Of a DNA stretch of 64,000 nucleotides, positions 38,904 to 52,655 are shown piece by piece (the stretch's first letter is position 1; every line of letters starts with the position of its first letter). Location: the NCBI GenBank assembly GCA_026770705.1, contig JANJGN010000052.1, positions 3,224,001 through 3,288,000 of the forward strand, read 5' to 3'. Source of the DNA: Isurus oxyrinchus. Lineage: Eukaryota. A program made the position numbers and the translations under genes. A model generated the notes under the pieces. It saw only the letters and a list, made by a program, of their open reading frames with translations. It was not told the origin of the DNA and searched no databases.

Positions 38904-40441
38904 CTGGGGAGAGAAATCTCAATATTTATCTCTGGATGGTTTGTGGATCCACTAGACTCAAAATTTACAGATGAGGCTGAATTGGGGGGATGGTCAATAC
39001 TGAGGAGAATGGCAACAAATTATTTTGGCAGGAAGAATAGAAAAACAGGATATTATTTAAATGGAGACAGGCTGCAGAATGCAGTACAGAGGGATCTGGG
39101 TGTCCTTGTACATGAATCACAGAAAGTCAGCATTCAGGAACACCACGGAATGAGGAAGGCAAGTGGAATGTTGGCCTTTATTGCAAAGGGATGGAGTATA
39201 AAAGGAGGGAAGTCTTGCAACAGCTGCACAGGGCGTTAGTGAGATTGTAACAGGATCATTGTGTACAGGCAGTTCAGAGAAGCTTCACTGGGCTGATTCC
39301 TGGGATTAAAGGGTTTGTCCTGTGAGGAAATGTTGAGCAGGTTGGGCCTGTATCCATTGGAGTTTAGAAGAATGAGGGGTGACCTTATTGAAACATATCC
39401 AATTCCGAGGGGGCTTGACAGGGTGGATGCTGGGAGGATGTTTCCCCCTCGTGGGGGAATCTAGAACCAGGGAGCACAGTTTCGGAATGAGGACTCTCCC
39501 ATTTAAGACTGAGATGAGGAGGAATTTCCTCTCTCAGAGGGGCGCTAGCCTGTGGAATTCTCTTCCCCAGAGAGCAGTGGAGGCTGGGCCATTGAATAGA
39601 CTCAAGGCTGAGTGAGGCAGGTTTTTGATCGACAAGGGAGTCAAGGGTTTGGGGGACAGGCAGGAAAATGGAGTTAAGGCCACAACCAGATCAGCGAGGG
39701 CAGGCTCGAGGGGCCGAATGGCCTGCTCCTGTCCCTATTTCTTATGTTCCTACATTCTTACCTTCTTAAAATATTAAAACTGCAGAATAAACATGCAAGT
39801 GACTGACCCGCTCGACCCACCTTCCATCTGGGGGTCCCATGGGGAGGACCCTTCCTGAGCCAGATCCACCAGCCAACATGGTCTGGATCCGAGCACAGGA
39901 GACACGGGGGGGAGTGACTAACAGGCTCCTTGTGACAGGCCCTGTCTGTCCAATGGCTGGCTTTCAGCTGCCAAGGCCAGAGTGGTCCTTGCTAAAACCA
40001 GCTCAGGACAGGCCAGGACCCCTGTGCAGACCCCCTCCAGCGCTGCAGCCTCTGTACAAATCCCTCATGCGCTTGTGGAGAGACACAAACAAGGCTGTAC
40101 ATTACCAAGGAGAATCCCCTCTACGGACTAAGGGGCTGACTCATCACCTTAAACTCAGCAAATGAGGAGGCTCTCGCTCGGTATCGAGGCTTGGCATTCG
40201 CTCAATAAAAATAATCAAATGACACTTTGGTCAGAAATCTAAGCAGGTTGTACATTCCCTCAAAAATAAGACTCAATCTGGGGTCGAGGGTCAAAGGGCA
40301 ACAACTTATATTTTCACAACAACTTTAACATGACAAATCACCCCAAGGTGCTACACAGGAGCGTCATAAAACAAAGTATGTCACCCAGACACATGTGGAG
40401 ATATTAGCGACAGCTGATCAGAAGGGATTGGTGTTATGGAG

Positions 40442-42050
40442 AAACTTAAAAGAGGGATGAAATGGTTAGTGAGAGAGAGAGAGTGAGTGTGAGGGATGGA
40501 GAGGGCTTAAGGGAGGGTATTACGGAGCTCGGTCCCCAGGCAGCTGAAGGCATGGCCACCGATGTTAGAGTGTTGAGATCGGGGGATGGTCAAGAGGCTG
40601 GAATTGGAGGAGCGCAGAGACCTCTGAAGGTTGGTGGGTCTGGAGGAGGTTACAGAGATAGCGAGGTTTGTAGTGATTGGAGGAGTTACAGCGATAGGGA
40701 AGCTTTTAGGGGCAGGAGGAAGTTACAGAAATAGGGAGGGTTGTAGCGGCTGGAAAAGTTAAGAGAGATTGTGAGAGTGTAGGGTCTGGAGGAGTTTGCA
40801 GAGGTAGGGAGGGTTGTAGTGACTGGGGCAGGTTACAGGGGCAGGGAAAGTTGTCGGGACTGGAGCAGGCTACAGAGATAGGGAAGCTTTTAGGGGCAGG
40901 AGGAAGTTACAGAAATAGGGAGGGTTGTAGTGGCTGGAGGAGGTTGCAGAGATTGGTAGGTTTGTTGGGCAGGATGAATTTACAGATATAGGGAAGCGGT
41001 AGAGGCTTGAAGAGGTTACAGAGAATGGGATGGTTGTAGGTACTGGAGGAGGAGGAGGAGATTACAGAGATAGTGAGGAAACAAAGATGAAAATTTGGAC
41101 ATTGAGACTTTGCTTGACCAGGAGCCAGTCTCGGTCATCGAGCAGAGCGGGTGATAAGGGAACGGGACTTGGTGTGAGTAAGGACGTGGTCAGCAGTTTT
41201 GAATGGCCTCAAGTTTATGGAGTGTAGAGCGTGTGTTGGAACAGTCGAGACTGGAGGTAATGAAGGCGTGGATGAGGGTTTCAGCAGCAGATGAGCTGAG
41301 ACAGGGTGACGTCGTGCGATGTTATGGAGGTGGAAATAGACGGTGTTAGTGAGGGCGCAGATAGGAGGCCGGAAGCTCATCTCAGGATCAAATGGGACAA
41401 CAAAGCTGTGAACAGATTGGCTTCAATCTCAGAGAGCTGCCAAGGAGAGGAATGGAGTTGGTAGCGAGGGAACAGAGTTTGGAGCAGGGAATGAAGACAA
41501 TGGCTTCAGTCTTTCCAATATTTAATTGGAGGAATTTCTGCCCATCCAGTACTGGATGTCGGATAAGCAGCCTGATAATTTAGCAGCAGTGGAAGAGTCG
41601 AGAGAGGTGGTGGTGAGGTAGAGCTGGGGATCCTCAGTGGACAGGTGAAAACTAACACTGTTCAGATGATGCTGCAAAGCCATTGCAAGTGATTCTCTGG
41701 CTACGATGAGATGGATAAGAATGGAGCCAGGGGAGAGCAGTCCCACCCAGCTGGACGACACTGGAGAGGTGTTGGAGGAGGATGGTGTGGTCGAGCGTGT
41801 CAAAGGCTGCAGACAGATCGAGAAGGACGAGGAGGGAAAGTTGACCTTTGTCACAGTCACACAGGATGCCATTTGTGACCTTGATAAGAGCTGTTTCAGC
41901 ACAGTGGCTGGGGTGGGAACCTGATTGGAGGGATTCAAACATGGAGTTCCGGGAAAGATGGGAACAGATTCGGGAGATGGAAACAGGTTGCAGGACTTTG
42001 GAGGGGAAAGAGAGGCTGGAGATGGGACGGGGGTTTACACGGACAGTGTG
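40442..42050 (-). mobile_element. L2-type LINE remnant
   Basis: ETALIKVTNGIL...LLVLLDLSAAFDTLDH; CLSDIQYWM; FHLHNIAR. Confidence 0.85.
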
Positions 42051-42306
42051 AGGGGTGGAAGGTGTAGTGGGGAGGAGATACTTCACTCAGGGGGGAGGTG
42101 TCATCACCCCTCAGCTCGGTTTATGTTACAGCTATGATGTGGATTCAATCACACACAATAAGCTTATGGATCTGGGAGCAGAAATAGACAAATCATTAAA
42201 AATAGTGGCGCTGGTTAACACGGCCAAAAAACAAGCAAATCAAACACTATTATTTCCCATTGAGTGTTGAATGTGAATTGTTGAGTAATTATAACACAGC
42301 ACTTAC

Positions 42307-42681
42307 CAGAAACGTGAAGCTGGGTTTCAGGACGGTCGTTGTATCTATTCCTGTTGTCAAATTCTAGGCTGAATAAATAATATCCTGCATCTTCCCGTCT
42401 GATGTTGTTTATAATCAGGGAACAGTCGCCATCTTTCAGGTCTCCAGACAGCCGGGTCCGATGGTGGAACTGTGGTAACTCGCGATTATGATCCTTGGAG
42501 TGAAAGGCTATAGACCGTTCATTCCATTTTTCCCAATTCCTTCTCATATACCAGATTCCGACTGGTGATCTCGCTACTAAATATGATGGATAACTGTAAT
42601 TACATGGAATCTGTACACACGAACCTTCCTGCGCTGTCACCTCTCCTGGAGTGTCACCTTTCCACACTTGTGATAGTCCAA
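42307..42681 (-). CDS. Gene B V-set exon V1: divergent, essential Arg replaced by Ser
   Basis: 375 nt open, ccctag acceptor and gtaagt donor; GIWYMRRNWEKWNERSIAF; DAGYYLFSLE. Confidence 0.88.
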
Positions 42682-43084
42682 CTAGGGAGAGAAATATCAA
42701 TATTTAACTCTGAATGTTTTCTCAATCCACTAGACTCAATATCCACCCCCTCCATCACTGGGGCACACAGGCTGCAGTCTGGATAATCCACAGGTCACAC
42801 AATGAATGCCCCAAGGTTTCACAACAGATTGAAGAGAATTCCGGACACAGGAGTGGACAAGTTCATTCCAAATTGGCTCATGACCCTCAGGTACCTATTT
42901 AGTGAAGTCAGTCTGCCACCCAACACAGTGTCTACAAGACACACTAATTGAAGTGAGTTCACTGCTCATTTACAACGTAGGACAATGGATTAGGACCCTT
43001 CAGAATTCCCCCATTATCACCATCATGAATCATGAATTGGCCTCGCTGTCCTAGATCCTCAGTGTCTAAGGCAGTGGTTCCTAT

Positions 43085-44010
43085 TGTGATGTAAGTATAA
43101 TAATTTTCATAATATTTTATAGTATATTGTGAAGTAGGTTTATGGGGGTACGTGTGATGGGTCTGCATGTGATTTAAGTACATTTGGAGTTAATTAGATT
43201 GGAAGTTTAAAATGATCAAAAGGAGCTAGGTGCTTGACATGCTATTGAGGAAACATGGATGCTGCTTAGCATGGAAGGTATGAAGAGAATTTGCATTTTT
43301 ATTTCAATGAAGGGGTTGTTGGATTTCAAAGGAATCTTAGCTTGTTTACAACTAGCCAGATAAGCAAGACTAAGGAATGTGTTTATTTTTCTCAAAGGCT
43401 CCTGGCAATATGGGCACCACGAAAGAGTTTGTTATGTGGAAGATACAGTTTCAAAAACATATGGAACAATAGAATTTTCATGTTACAAAGAGAGAAATAT
43501 ATATCTATCAGGGAGAATGAAAGGCTATGTGTCAGAATGCCATGTAAGATCTAACACGAGTGTGTGATATAGTCTTAATGAAACCTCTAGCATTTGTGCA
43601 CAAGCCTGCTATCCAACAGAACTGAAGTTGGGGAAAAGCCACTTGGAATTCCTCTGTGCAGGGTATTGCTTTTATATTGTGTTAACTTGCTGGGTTTGTT
43701 TTAAATATAAAGTCTATTTTTGGACCGTTGCCTTAAAGGGAGTGTAACTGGGAGTCAGTTTAATTCAGAATTTTAAGAATTATTATAGTGGTAATTGTAG
43801 AGTTATGTATGTGCTTCAAATCATTTATTTTGAGAGCAAGTATTTTAATTTAATTTTCAAATCGCTAAAGGTCTTTGTGTAATTATTGCTTCTGAATTCA
43901 GTGCACACATCTCATAATAAATACAAATTGCAAAATCATTATGATCATGTGACCATCTTTCTCTCATGGACTTGCTCTGCCTGGCACACATCACCTGCCA
44001 AGTGATAACA
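43085..44010 (+). mobile_element. Solo LTR-like element
   Basis: TGTGA...TAACA ends, imperfect TSD ctat/ctgt, AATAAA near the 3' end. Confidence 0.55.
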
Positions 44011-44069
44011 CTGTTGTAATATGCCTTTCAGGGACAGCAGCATGACATCACTCGAGGGGAAGTGTGTCA

Positions 44070-45331
44070 TGTGATTTTAGGAATTGGGTATAGCTTAAGT
44101 AAGTTCTATGTGTATTTGTGTGTGTTAGGGATAAGGCATATGTTTATGTTCAAGTTTAGTTTGATTTCTGTATTTGTGTGTTAAGAAAGGAGGAAACTTC
44201 AGTTTTGGTTTCATTTTCGTTTAGCAATCTAATGGGGTTTGATGTCTCTTGAAGGGAAGTCAAAACAAACACAAGGTGTAAGAAACTGTGCTGTTGCTAA
44301 GCAACAGTGATCCAGAGGGACGGACCCATAGAGACAGAGAAAAACAGAAATGTGCTTTCAGTTTGGTTGAAAGGAGTTGCCAGGAGAAGCAGCAAAGGAG
44401 CGGGACAGATAGTCAGTCCCAAAGTAAAGAAGAAGCCAAAACTATCGAGTGGAACAGGAGAAAGGGCCAAGAAGACCTTCTTCTCCAAAGAAGATCAGGA
44501 ATCTGAAAAAGGTCCTGTTAAGTCGAGATAAGATTGAGGAGCAGAGGAGGGATCCAAGCTAAAAGAGAAAAAGCAAAAGGACACAGACATAAAGCAAAAA
44601 AGGCTGGTTAGAAGCCAGAAGATCATAGGTGACAGCTAAATGTTGATGTCTTCTTACTATGACCATGTGAAGCCATGGTGTTCCATTGGCATGACTGAGC
44701 ATTGGAAAGACAACGCGTAGAAGGAAGGCTGAATGCATGTGGCGATCCAGGGGGCAGGAACATGGGAAGGAGAGTTTGAAATCGTGGAAGTGGACCCTTG
44801 TGGAAGGTCTCTGAGTGAAAGTGTCATGTTGGAGAAGATTCCAAAGAGAGCACTTGACGAGTAGAGATTGGAAACTCTCATGTGAAAGATACAGTTTTGT
44901 AAGACCAGTTGCCTCATGGTGAAACAAGTGTCTGGAGTCAGTTGAGCTGAAACCCATAGCATTTGTTCCAATTGGGGTCTATCACTTGGTTACAGAATGT
45001 GGTGTCCCTGACACCAGGTCGTCTATTGGTTTGCATGAACTGTGTACTTAGTGTGAACATGAGAGTATAAGATAGTTATTGTAACTTGTATTCTACTTAT
45101 GAATCTGTAAATGTATAGGTCTGGGTGAAGGAGTAATGTAATATAGTTTGTCTTTCCTAGTTTAATAAATGTTTTATTCTTTTGTTAGAAGGTCATCAGA
45201 TGATTCCTGTGACTCTGTTCAGCAGCAGCACTCCACATTCCTAAATAAAAAATAAAAGTTAGGACCTATCAAGCTGAGTTCCACCCTGGGATCTGACTTG
45301 CCCAGTAGTAACATCAGCTGGGATGATAACA
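44070..45331 (+). mobile_element. Solo LTR-like element
   Basis: TGTGA...TAACA ends, AATAAA at ~45164 and ~45244; flanks rejoin into sequence similar to 13875-13970. Confidence 0.6.
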
Positions 45332-45519
45332 CCATCCAGTCCAAGTTTCACTTTGGCCTGTGAGCAGAACACAGCTCACACAGTTTGGCTGCAGGTGTCT
45401 CCCAGCTTTCTATCCTTGTATATCTGTTCTCATGTCCCTGTTCTAAATAACTGAACCCACAATGTATTTATCCAATTCCGTATCAGTGGCTGGTGCCTTT
45501 ATATCATTATAAAAACACA

Positions 45520-48500
45520 ACATGGTGATCAGCGGTGGCCAAACATTCTGGCCGCAAGATTCAGTACAGGTATGACATGGTGAACAGCCTGAGATCGAGC
45601 TACATGACATGAGACGACCCTCGACGCTTTGGTCAGACCACAACAGAGACACAGCATCAGAGAGGGTTGAAATCGCAGTGTACTGACTGCTCAGGAAACC
45701 TTTGAAGACACAGTGACGGGAAAGAGCTCAAGTAAAGAGCTGGGGAGCAGACGGATCCCTCGTGGTGGGATTACAGCACACGGCCTGTAGGTCAGTGAGT
45801 GGGACAGTGTGTATCGCCAGGACCAGCAGCGGGTTAGCTCAGTCAGGGAAGGCGAGTGACCAGTGTGTGGGCTGGATCGATAGTGAGCGAGGGAGAGTCA
45901 AACACACAAAAACCATTATAAAAATCAGCCCAGAGAAGTTAGTGATTATAACGGGCAGCTTCGAGATTGCTGAACAGCAAATTGAATAAAAAACAAAGAC
46001 TCCATTACTCCGTGGTGTGTTCCTGCCACAACCCGTCTTCGTGGGCGGAGCTTCGGAAAAGCACACGAAAGGGGCTAAAGCGACACTCATCCCAGATCCT
46101 GTAGGAGAAGGAAGGTCAAAGGAATATTGTCAGAATGTCCACGAAATTCCCCAGTTTGAACTGGGATGTAGCTGACCGACTATCTGAATTCAGAATGTTT
46201 AAACAGCGTACAGAGCTCCGGTTTCCTGATTCAGGTGTGACTGAACCAGACGAACAAGCCATAAAAATTCACCTCGCGATTGGGAATGAAGGTCTACACA
46301 GGCTGAACACATCAGGATTAACAGCAGAAGAGCAAAAGGATCCCCAATAGATATGGATGACATTGGAAGACAGGTGAAACTCCAAATTCATCAACTAGAG
46401 TTTATGTCATTTCATCAGCCTACACAATCCATAGACCACTTCATCAGCCGATGTAGAGAAAAGGGTACGCACTGTGATTTCAAACACAGAGCCTGCAGAC
46501 AGAGTTGTTGAGTTGGCGATCGCATCCACTCCCATGGAAGCCTTCCAGAAAGATCTGCTAGATAAGACCAAAACCTATAGCATTGAAGAGCTACTCAAGG
46601 ATGGACATAAATACGAAGTAATCCTCGCAGGTCAACAAAGCTTACAGGTCCTCAGTACAACATCAATTGTTGACACACTCACTAGCACATCCAAACCTAG
46701 TGAGACGTGTGGCAGGCACCAAGGAAATCCCCAGCTTTCCACCAATCCTGCAAGACTTGTGGCAGAAAGGGCCATTGACAGCGGCAGGGCACTAGAGCAA
46801 AGGCTGATGCAGCTACAAAGAGCCATGCGCTGATCCAAACAGACCCTACACAACGGGGAACCTTCAAGCAATAAGAATGACCATCCGCTATCCCATCAGG
46901 AACATATACATGTGGTGACTGACAAACCAGGAAATGGCGATGATGTGCACGACGAGACGAGGTGCAGTGATCGATATTCCACCTCTCACACATATCCTGA
47001 CGTGGCTTGCCAATAAATTGTGGATTGTTGTCCTTAATGATATCTCTGGGCACATCAAAGAAACTGAAAATGTCCCATAGGTGTTAGATTTTCTGGCCCC
47101 ACCCACTGCCAGGATTGTCCAGTCCGGCCGAAAGCCAATGGATTTATATTTGTCCCAATCTCCCACGGCAGGTCCCACCATGACTGGGCTGGCAAACCCC
47201 GGCTTAGAGTTTTTGCAACACTTGTGCTCAACGTATTGTGCAACTGTTGAACAATTTCACACCTATTACACCATCAATCTCATGGAGAACAGATGCCGTC
47301 ACTTCACCCGCACTATTGGCCAAGATTCCAATTATCTGCCCTGAGAAAGTTTCTACCTCCCCTTTATTGGCCAAGATTGATACAGGGACAAGTGCCAACA
47401 TTCCCCTCCCCCAGCCCACCCCAGCAAATTTTCAAAGACATATATCCAAGGACATGGAAGTCCATGGGGAAACCTACTGCTGTGTACAACACTTCACCAA
47501 CTCCATGTGCAGAATCCATAGTCCTAGAGTGCAAGTACAATCAATCTTCCTGGGTGTCACAGATGTTCTACATCGTGCAGAATAAAGGCTGAGCAATTGC
47601 AAGTCTACCGGCAAGCGGTGACCTCACACTAGTGACAACCCATGGAATCTGTCAGACCTCACATGGGTCAACCTCAGAAACTACCCATCACCTCAGTTCA
47701 TGGACATAACATTGAAATATGCAGAAAGTTTCAACAATATTGGCAGTTTCAAGGGAGCTGCAACATTACACCTGCAGGAGAATGCAAGTCTGTCAATTGA
47801 TCCAGTATATTTAGCACAACAGAAATGACAGCAGCTACAAAAGGGAACAGTGAAAAATTCTACAGGAACTGGGGAAATATCATTGAAAGGGTGGCCTGAT
47901 TCAGCTTGACCTCATCGGGATAAGTGAGGCATCTCCCAGGGAACCATTTTTAATGGCAGGCAGGGCATCATACCGGAGCCTTTGTGATCCTATATTCTTC
48001 AACAACTTCATCCCTCACACATGGGCACAGATCAGACAAGGAGACTCACAAGAGATATACTCCCTGGCCGGGTATGAAGAATGACCTTGAAGTCGTTGTA
48101 GGGAAGTACGAGGCTTGTCAAGAGGATGACCCAAGTCAGCACAAAGAACCACTGATTCCACAGGAAATTCCTGCCTATTCTTAGTCCAAAATCAGGTCTG
48201 AATCCTTTCATTTCCATGTCACTGACTTCATCATCATCGTCGACAGCTTTACCAGATATCCCGTTATTCAAAAATAGCACAACACACAAAGCACAACTGG
48301 TGCACACACTCTGAGCATTATTTTCAGTTTATTTGGTGAGCCTAGGGACATGACTACAGATAATCTGGAGTATCAATCACACTACTTCTTCTCCTCATTA
48401 CCCCAGATCTAACAGCCTCGCTGAATGAATGATTCACACAGTGAAATCCCTAATTCTCAAATGTAGACAGGCCAAGCAAGATCCACACATTGCAATGTTA

Positions 48501-49350
48501 CATCTGAGATCGACACCTACAACTGCAACTTTGTTAAATTCATTCATGGGATGTGGGAGTCACTGGCCAGGCCAGGATTTATTACCCATCCCTAATGTAA
48601 GAGTCAACCACATTGACGTGGAGTCTGGAGTCACATGTCGGCCAGACAATTTTGTTCCCTAAACGGCACTGGTGAACCAGGTGGGATTTCCAACAATGGT
48701 TTTGTGGTCATCACTAGACTTTGAATTTCATATTTTTATTAAATTCAAATTCCATCATCTATTATGGTCGGATTTGAACCCATATTCTCAGGCCATTACC
48801 CTGGGTCTCTGAATTACTCATCCAGCAACAATACCACTACACCATCACCTCACCTTATTCCATCACTGACAGAGATCATGTTTGGTGGGCCAGTAGTGAC
48901 CAATTTCGCTACTCTTACCCATTCTACTCTCTCAGAAACCAGAGGGCAACTTTTAAAACTACAAGAGAAGATAAGGAATGTTCATGATAAAAATGGAGGT
49001 GCAGAGTTGCCAAGTTTACAGTTGGGACAAGTTCACATCCAGCATCCCACAGAAGGTTCATGACCACCAGCCGAGGTGACAAGGATTTGTTCAGAACCAA
49101 GGGCCTATGGAGTCAAACACACAAGGGCACAGCGCTGAGGCGGAACCGAGGATAAATCAGATCTATTCCCGCTCCTATTCCATCGAGGAGAAGATCCCAC
49201 ATGAAATCAGGAACAACATCCAAGGATGACAATCCCACAGATCACTGTGAGCAGTTAAAGACACCTCCAGACAAGGTAACCAGCACAAGATCTGGGTGGA
49301 CCAGAAGGTTAAATCCACACTTTAGAGACTCAAATATTCAACAGTTCCAT
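45520..49350 (+). mobile_element. Degenerate Ty3/Gypsy internal region (gag, protease, integrase remnants)
   Basis: PBS-like aaca-TGGTG; gag-like LSEFRMFKQR; protease AKIDTGTSANI; integrase WPGMKNDL..CQ and SSPHYPRSN; many stops. Confidence 0.8.
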
Positions 49351-50381
49351 GCACTTATGTAATTGTCAATAAATATGAACATGATATGAGAAACCGTTTG
49401 TTCCCTGCCCTTCTGAAAGAGCCATTCCTGCAGCGGGAGCCTGAAGAGTTACTGATAAGAGATTTAATTTATTGGATTGTAGAATGATCCGGAACTGAAG
49501 GAAGCCATTTGGCCCATCGAGCCTGTGCTGGGCCTTTGAAAGATCTGTCCAATTAGTCCCACTCTCACCTCTGCTCTCTCCCCCACAGCCCTGCAAAATG
49601 TCCCCTTCAAGTATTTACCCAGTTCCCCTTCTGAAAGTTCCTGTTGAATCTGCTTCCACCGCCCTTTCAGGCAGTGAGTCAATGGTCTCTCTCTGAGCTG
49701 CAAAGTGATAAGTTTCAATGAAATATAAACTCTGCAGCAGATCAGAAACAATCATGATAACTCAGAATATTTGACAGTTTTACATACAGACAGCTTTGCC
49801 TCCCTTCTCTCTATCAGTTATCTTGCTCCCTTATCGAATTTTCTAGCATGGTGAGAATGGACAGGAAGTGTGACGCTGAACTGCCTGTCTAATCTAAGAG
49901 CTTCTGTGTTGTCTTCATGGGAAATTCTGATGAAAATCAGCAAGAGAGAAAAATTTCAGGGCATTGATATCGGAATGCTAGCATCAGGATAGACTTCATC
50001 CCTCAGTTTTTATCCCTGCTTCTCTATTCAGCCGATCGCTCCCCTGTCACTTGCTGACCTACACTGGCTCCCAGTCCAGCAAAGCCTCAATTTTCAAAAT
50101 CTCTTCATTGATTCCTTATCCCTCCATCCTCCCTCTCCACTCCCTATCACTGTCACCTTCTCCAGCCCTGAAACCCTTTGAAGTCTCTGCTGTCCTGCAG
50201 TTCTGCTGTCAGACAGGGAGTCAGTGTGAATCATTGAGCACAGGGGTGATGGGTGAATGGGACTTGGTGTGAGTTTGTACACTGGCTCACTGCTGAATCG
50301 GTTCCCTATCAGAGCTCAATAAGAATGATCTTTTACAAAGACTATTCACCATAAATCTGTCCAAGCTGACGATGATATTAC

Positions 50382-50421
50382 CTTGGAGAAGTGACAGGAG
50401 GAAGTAAGATTTCCCGATCAT
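50382..50421 (-). CDS. Gene B proximal leader exon
   Basis: MIGKSYFLLSLLQ+G|gtaata, same as the gene A leader. Confidence 0.85.
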
Positions 50422-51239
50422 TGTCCACTCCCAGATATTCATTTAGCTTCTGACTCTTAAACTGTGAAAGAGAAAGGAGTTATTGAGACCTCACCTCTTG
50501 TCCGACAGCTCTCGAGAGATCAGAACTGCTTTTAGACAATGTCTTCACAGACTAATTTGGTTCTCTGTGGGATGATAGGTGCTCTGCAGAGAGTTAAAAA
50601 GCTTTAAAAAAATAAATCAATGAAGGACTTGCATTTCTATAGCACATTTCACCACCTCAGGATGTCCCAAAGCTCATGTCCCTGCTCTTCCCTCATCCTT
50701 TGAGCTAGAAAGATGTTCTGTACAACAGACCTGAGCCTCACACCCGGATCTCAATAATTAGTAGAAATCTTTCGAAGGCATCAATCATTGGAATCTGTCT
50801 TTATAAAGTCACAACATCAACAAAGGACGGTGTTGGTGGTGGAAGTGAATTCCAATCGTTCCGTTACTTACCCAGTACCTGTCCGACTGCTCGCCTGGGG
50901 AGGAACTGCCCACACGCTCTGCTTGGGCTGAATGACCTCTTCCTGTGCTGCTCCCTCTGTGTGTTTAATGAGAAAGGGTGCATGTGTCACTTTGAGACAA
51001 AATGAGGAAGTTGGATCAAAGTGACAGAGCAGCTCATGTTTTGAGATGTTGGTGAACTGTTAACCCTTTGTGTCCTGACCCTGTGGTGATATTTCTGCTC
51101 ACAGGTGGACAGTCATTGACCAGGAATTTCTCCTGTGGGTCAGTGGGTTTCACAGCCAAATTCAGGGGGTCAGAACGTTGTGGGGTTCAAGACCCCTTTC
51201 AGGGGACGTCTGTCCCACAGAGTAGACTGAAACTCCCCA

Positions 51240-51455
51240 GTGTCAGTACTGAGCAAGTGCTGCACTGTCGGATGGTCATTGCTGAGCGCGTGTTGCACTT
51301 TTGTAAGGTCAGTACTGAGGGAGATCTCCACTGTTTGAGGGTCAGTACTGAGGGAGTGCTGCACTGTCAGAGGGACATTAATCAGGGAGTGCTGCAATGT
51401 TGGAGGATCAGTACTGAGGGAGTGCTGCACTGTTGGAGGGTCAGTATTAAGGTGC
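51240..51455 (+). repeat. 33-bp minisatellite array at a rearrangement junction
   Basis: Visible units; homology to 63509-64000 begins at its right edge. Confidence 0.85.
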
Positions 51456-51607
51456 TGATTTACAAGACAGGACAATGGATTAGGAGCCCTCAGAACTCCC
51501 CCCATTATCACCGTCATGAATCACTAATTAGCCTAACATTCCTGTCTGCTCTTCAACACAGCTGATTGGCTAATCTAATTCAATCTGATTGGTGCACTTT
51601 GTATGTC

Positions 51608-51865
51608 CATTGTCTAAGGAATCTCTTTGGATCCTCATTGTCTAAGGAATCTCTTTGGATCCTCATTGTCTGAGGAATCTCTTTGGATCCACATTGTCTG
51701 AGGAATCTCTTTGGATCCTCATTGTCTAAGGAATCTTTTTGGATCCTCATTGTTTAAGGAATCTCTTTGGATCCTCATTGTCTAAGGAATCTCTTTGGAT
51801 CCTCATGTCTAAGGAATCTCTTTGGATCCTCATTGTCTATGGAATCTCTTTGGATCCTCATTGTC
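51608..51865. repeat. 28-bp minisatellite (paralog at 63665-63870)
   Basis: cattgtctaaggaatctctttggatcct, about 9 copies. Confidence 0.92.
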
Positions 51866-52655
51866 GAAGGGATTATTTCTGATCCAAACCCCATATTGTT
51901 GTATTGTTGATTCCGATGCAGCATTGTAGACTGACTTGTCCCCAAGCTCAGCACTGACCCTACTCCAGCAGACACTGTGAAACACACTAACAAAGCGCCT
52001 CTAGCCTGAGCTCTGCATGTGTCGAGAGAAAGACAAATATACAAACTGAATATTGACACCTTTACACACGGACAGCTTTACCTTCCTTCTCTCTTTCAGT
52101 TATCTTGCTCCCTTATTGAAGTATCTAGCAAGGTGAGAATGGACAGGAAGTGTGACACTGAACAGCCTGTCTATTCTAGGAGCTGCTGTGTTGTCTTCAT
52201 GGGAAATTCTGATTAAAATCAGCAAAAGACACAAATTTCATTCCTTTGCTATCGGCGTCCAAGCATCAGGATAGACTTCATCCCCCAGTATTTATCACTG
52301 TTTCTCAACTCAACACCTCACACCCTCTGCCACTCGCTGACCTGCACTGGCTCCCAGTCCAGCAGAGCCTCGAGTTTAAGACTCTCATCCTCAATTTCCA
52401 TTCCCTCCATTCCTCTTCTCCAATCACTTTCTCCTCCAACCATGCAAACCTCAAAGTCCTCTGCTCTCCTCCAATTCTGCTGTCAGACAGGGAGTCAGTG
52501 TATATCAGTGAGCACAGGGGTGATGGGTGAATGGGACTTGGTGTGAGATTGTACACTGGTTCACTGCTGAATCTGTTCCCAATCACAGCTCAATAAGAAT
52601 TATGTTTTACAAAGGTGATTAGCCATAAATCTATCCGAGCTGACAATGATATTAC

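Larger units (their letters stand above)
33640..40442. repeat. Tandem triplication, 2306-bp period; each unit is a V exon, a CR1 3' fragment and a spacer
   Basis: V exon ends at 33923, 36229, 38535; CR1 fragments at ~34345-35140, 36651-37446, 38957-39752. Confidence 0.95.

Noticed and set aside
35302-40165. Plus-strand 83-108 aa ORFs repeated three times
   Set aside because: Recurrence is due to the recent triplication; one copy has a stop; no recognisable domain
33640-42700. Tandem V exons as rearranging Ig/TCR/IgNAR V segments
   Set aside because: Each exon already encodes its G strand, ends in a gtaagt donor, lacks the F-strand YYC and shows no recognisable heptamer-nonamer RSS; the features are Siglec-type
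51608-51865. 28-bp, 33-bp and 37-bp repeat arrays as CRISPR
   Set aside because: Head-to-tail units with no unique spacers; vertebrate intron-exon context; no cas genes
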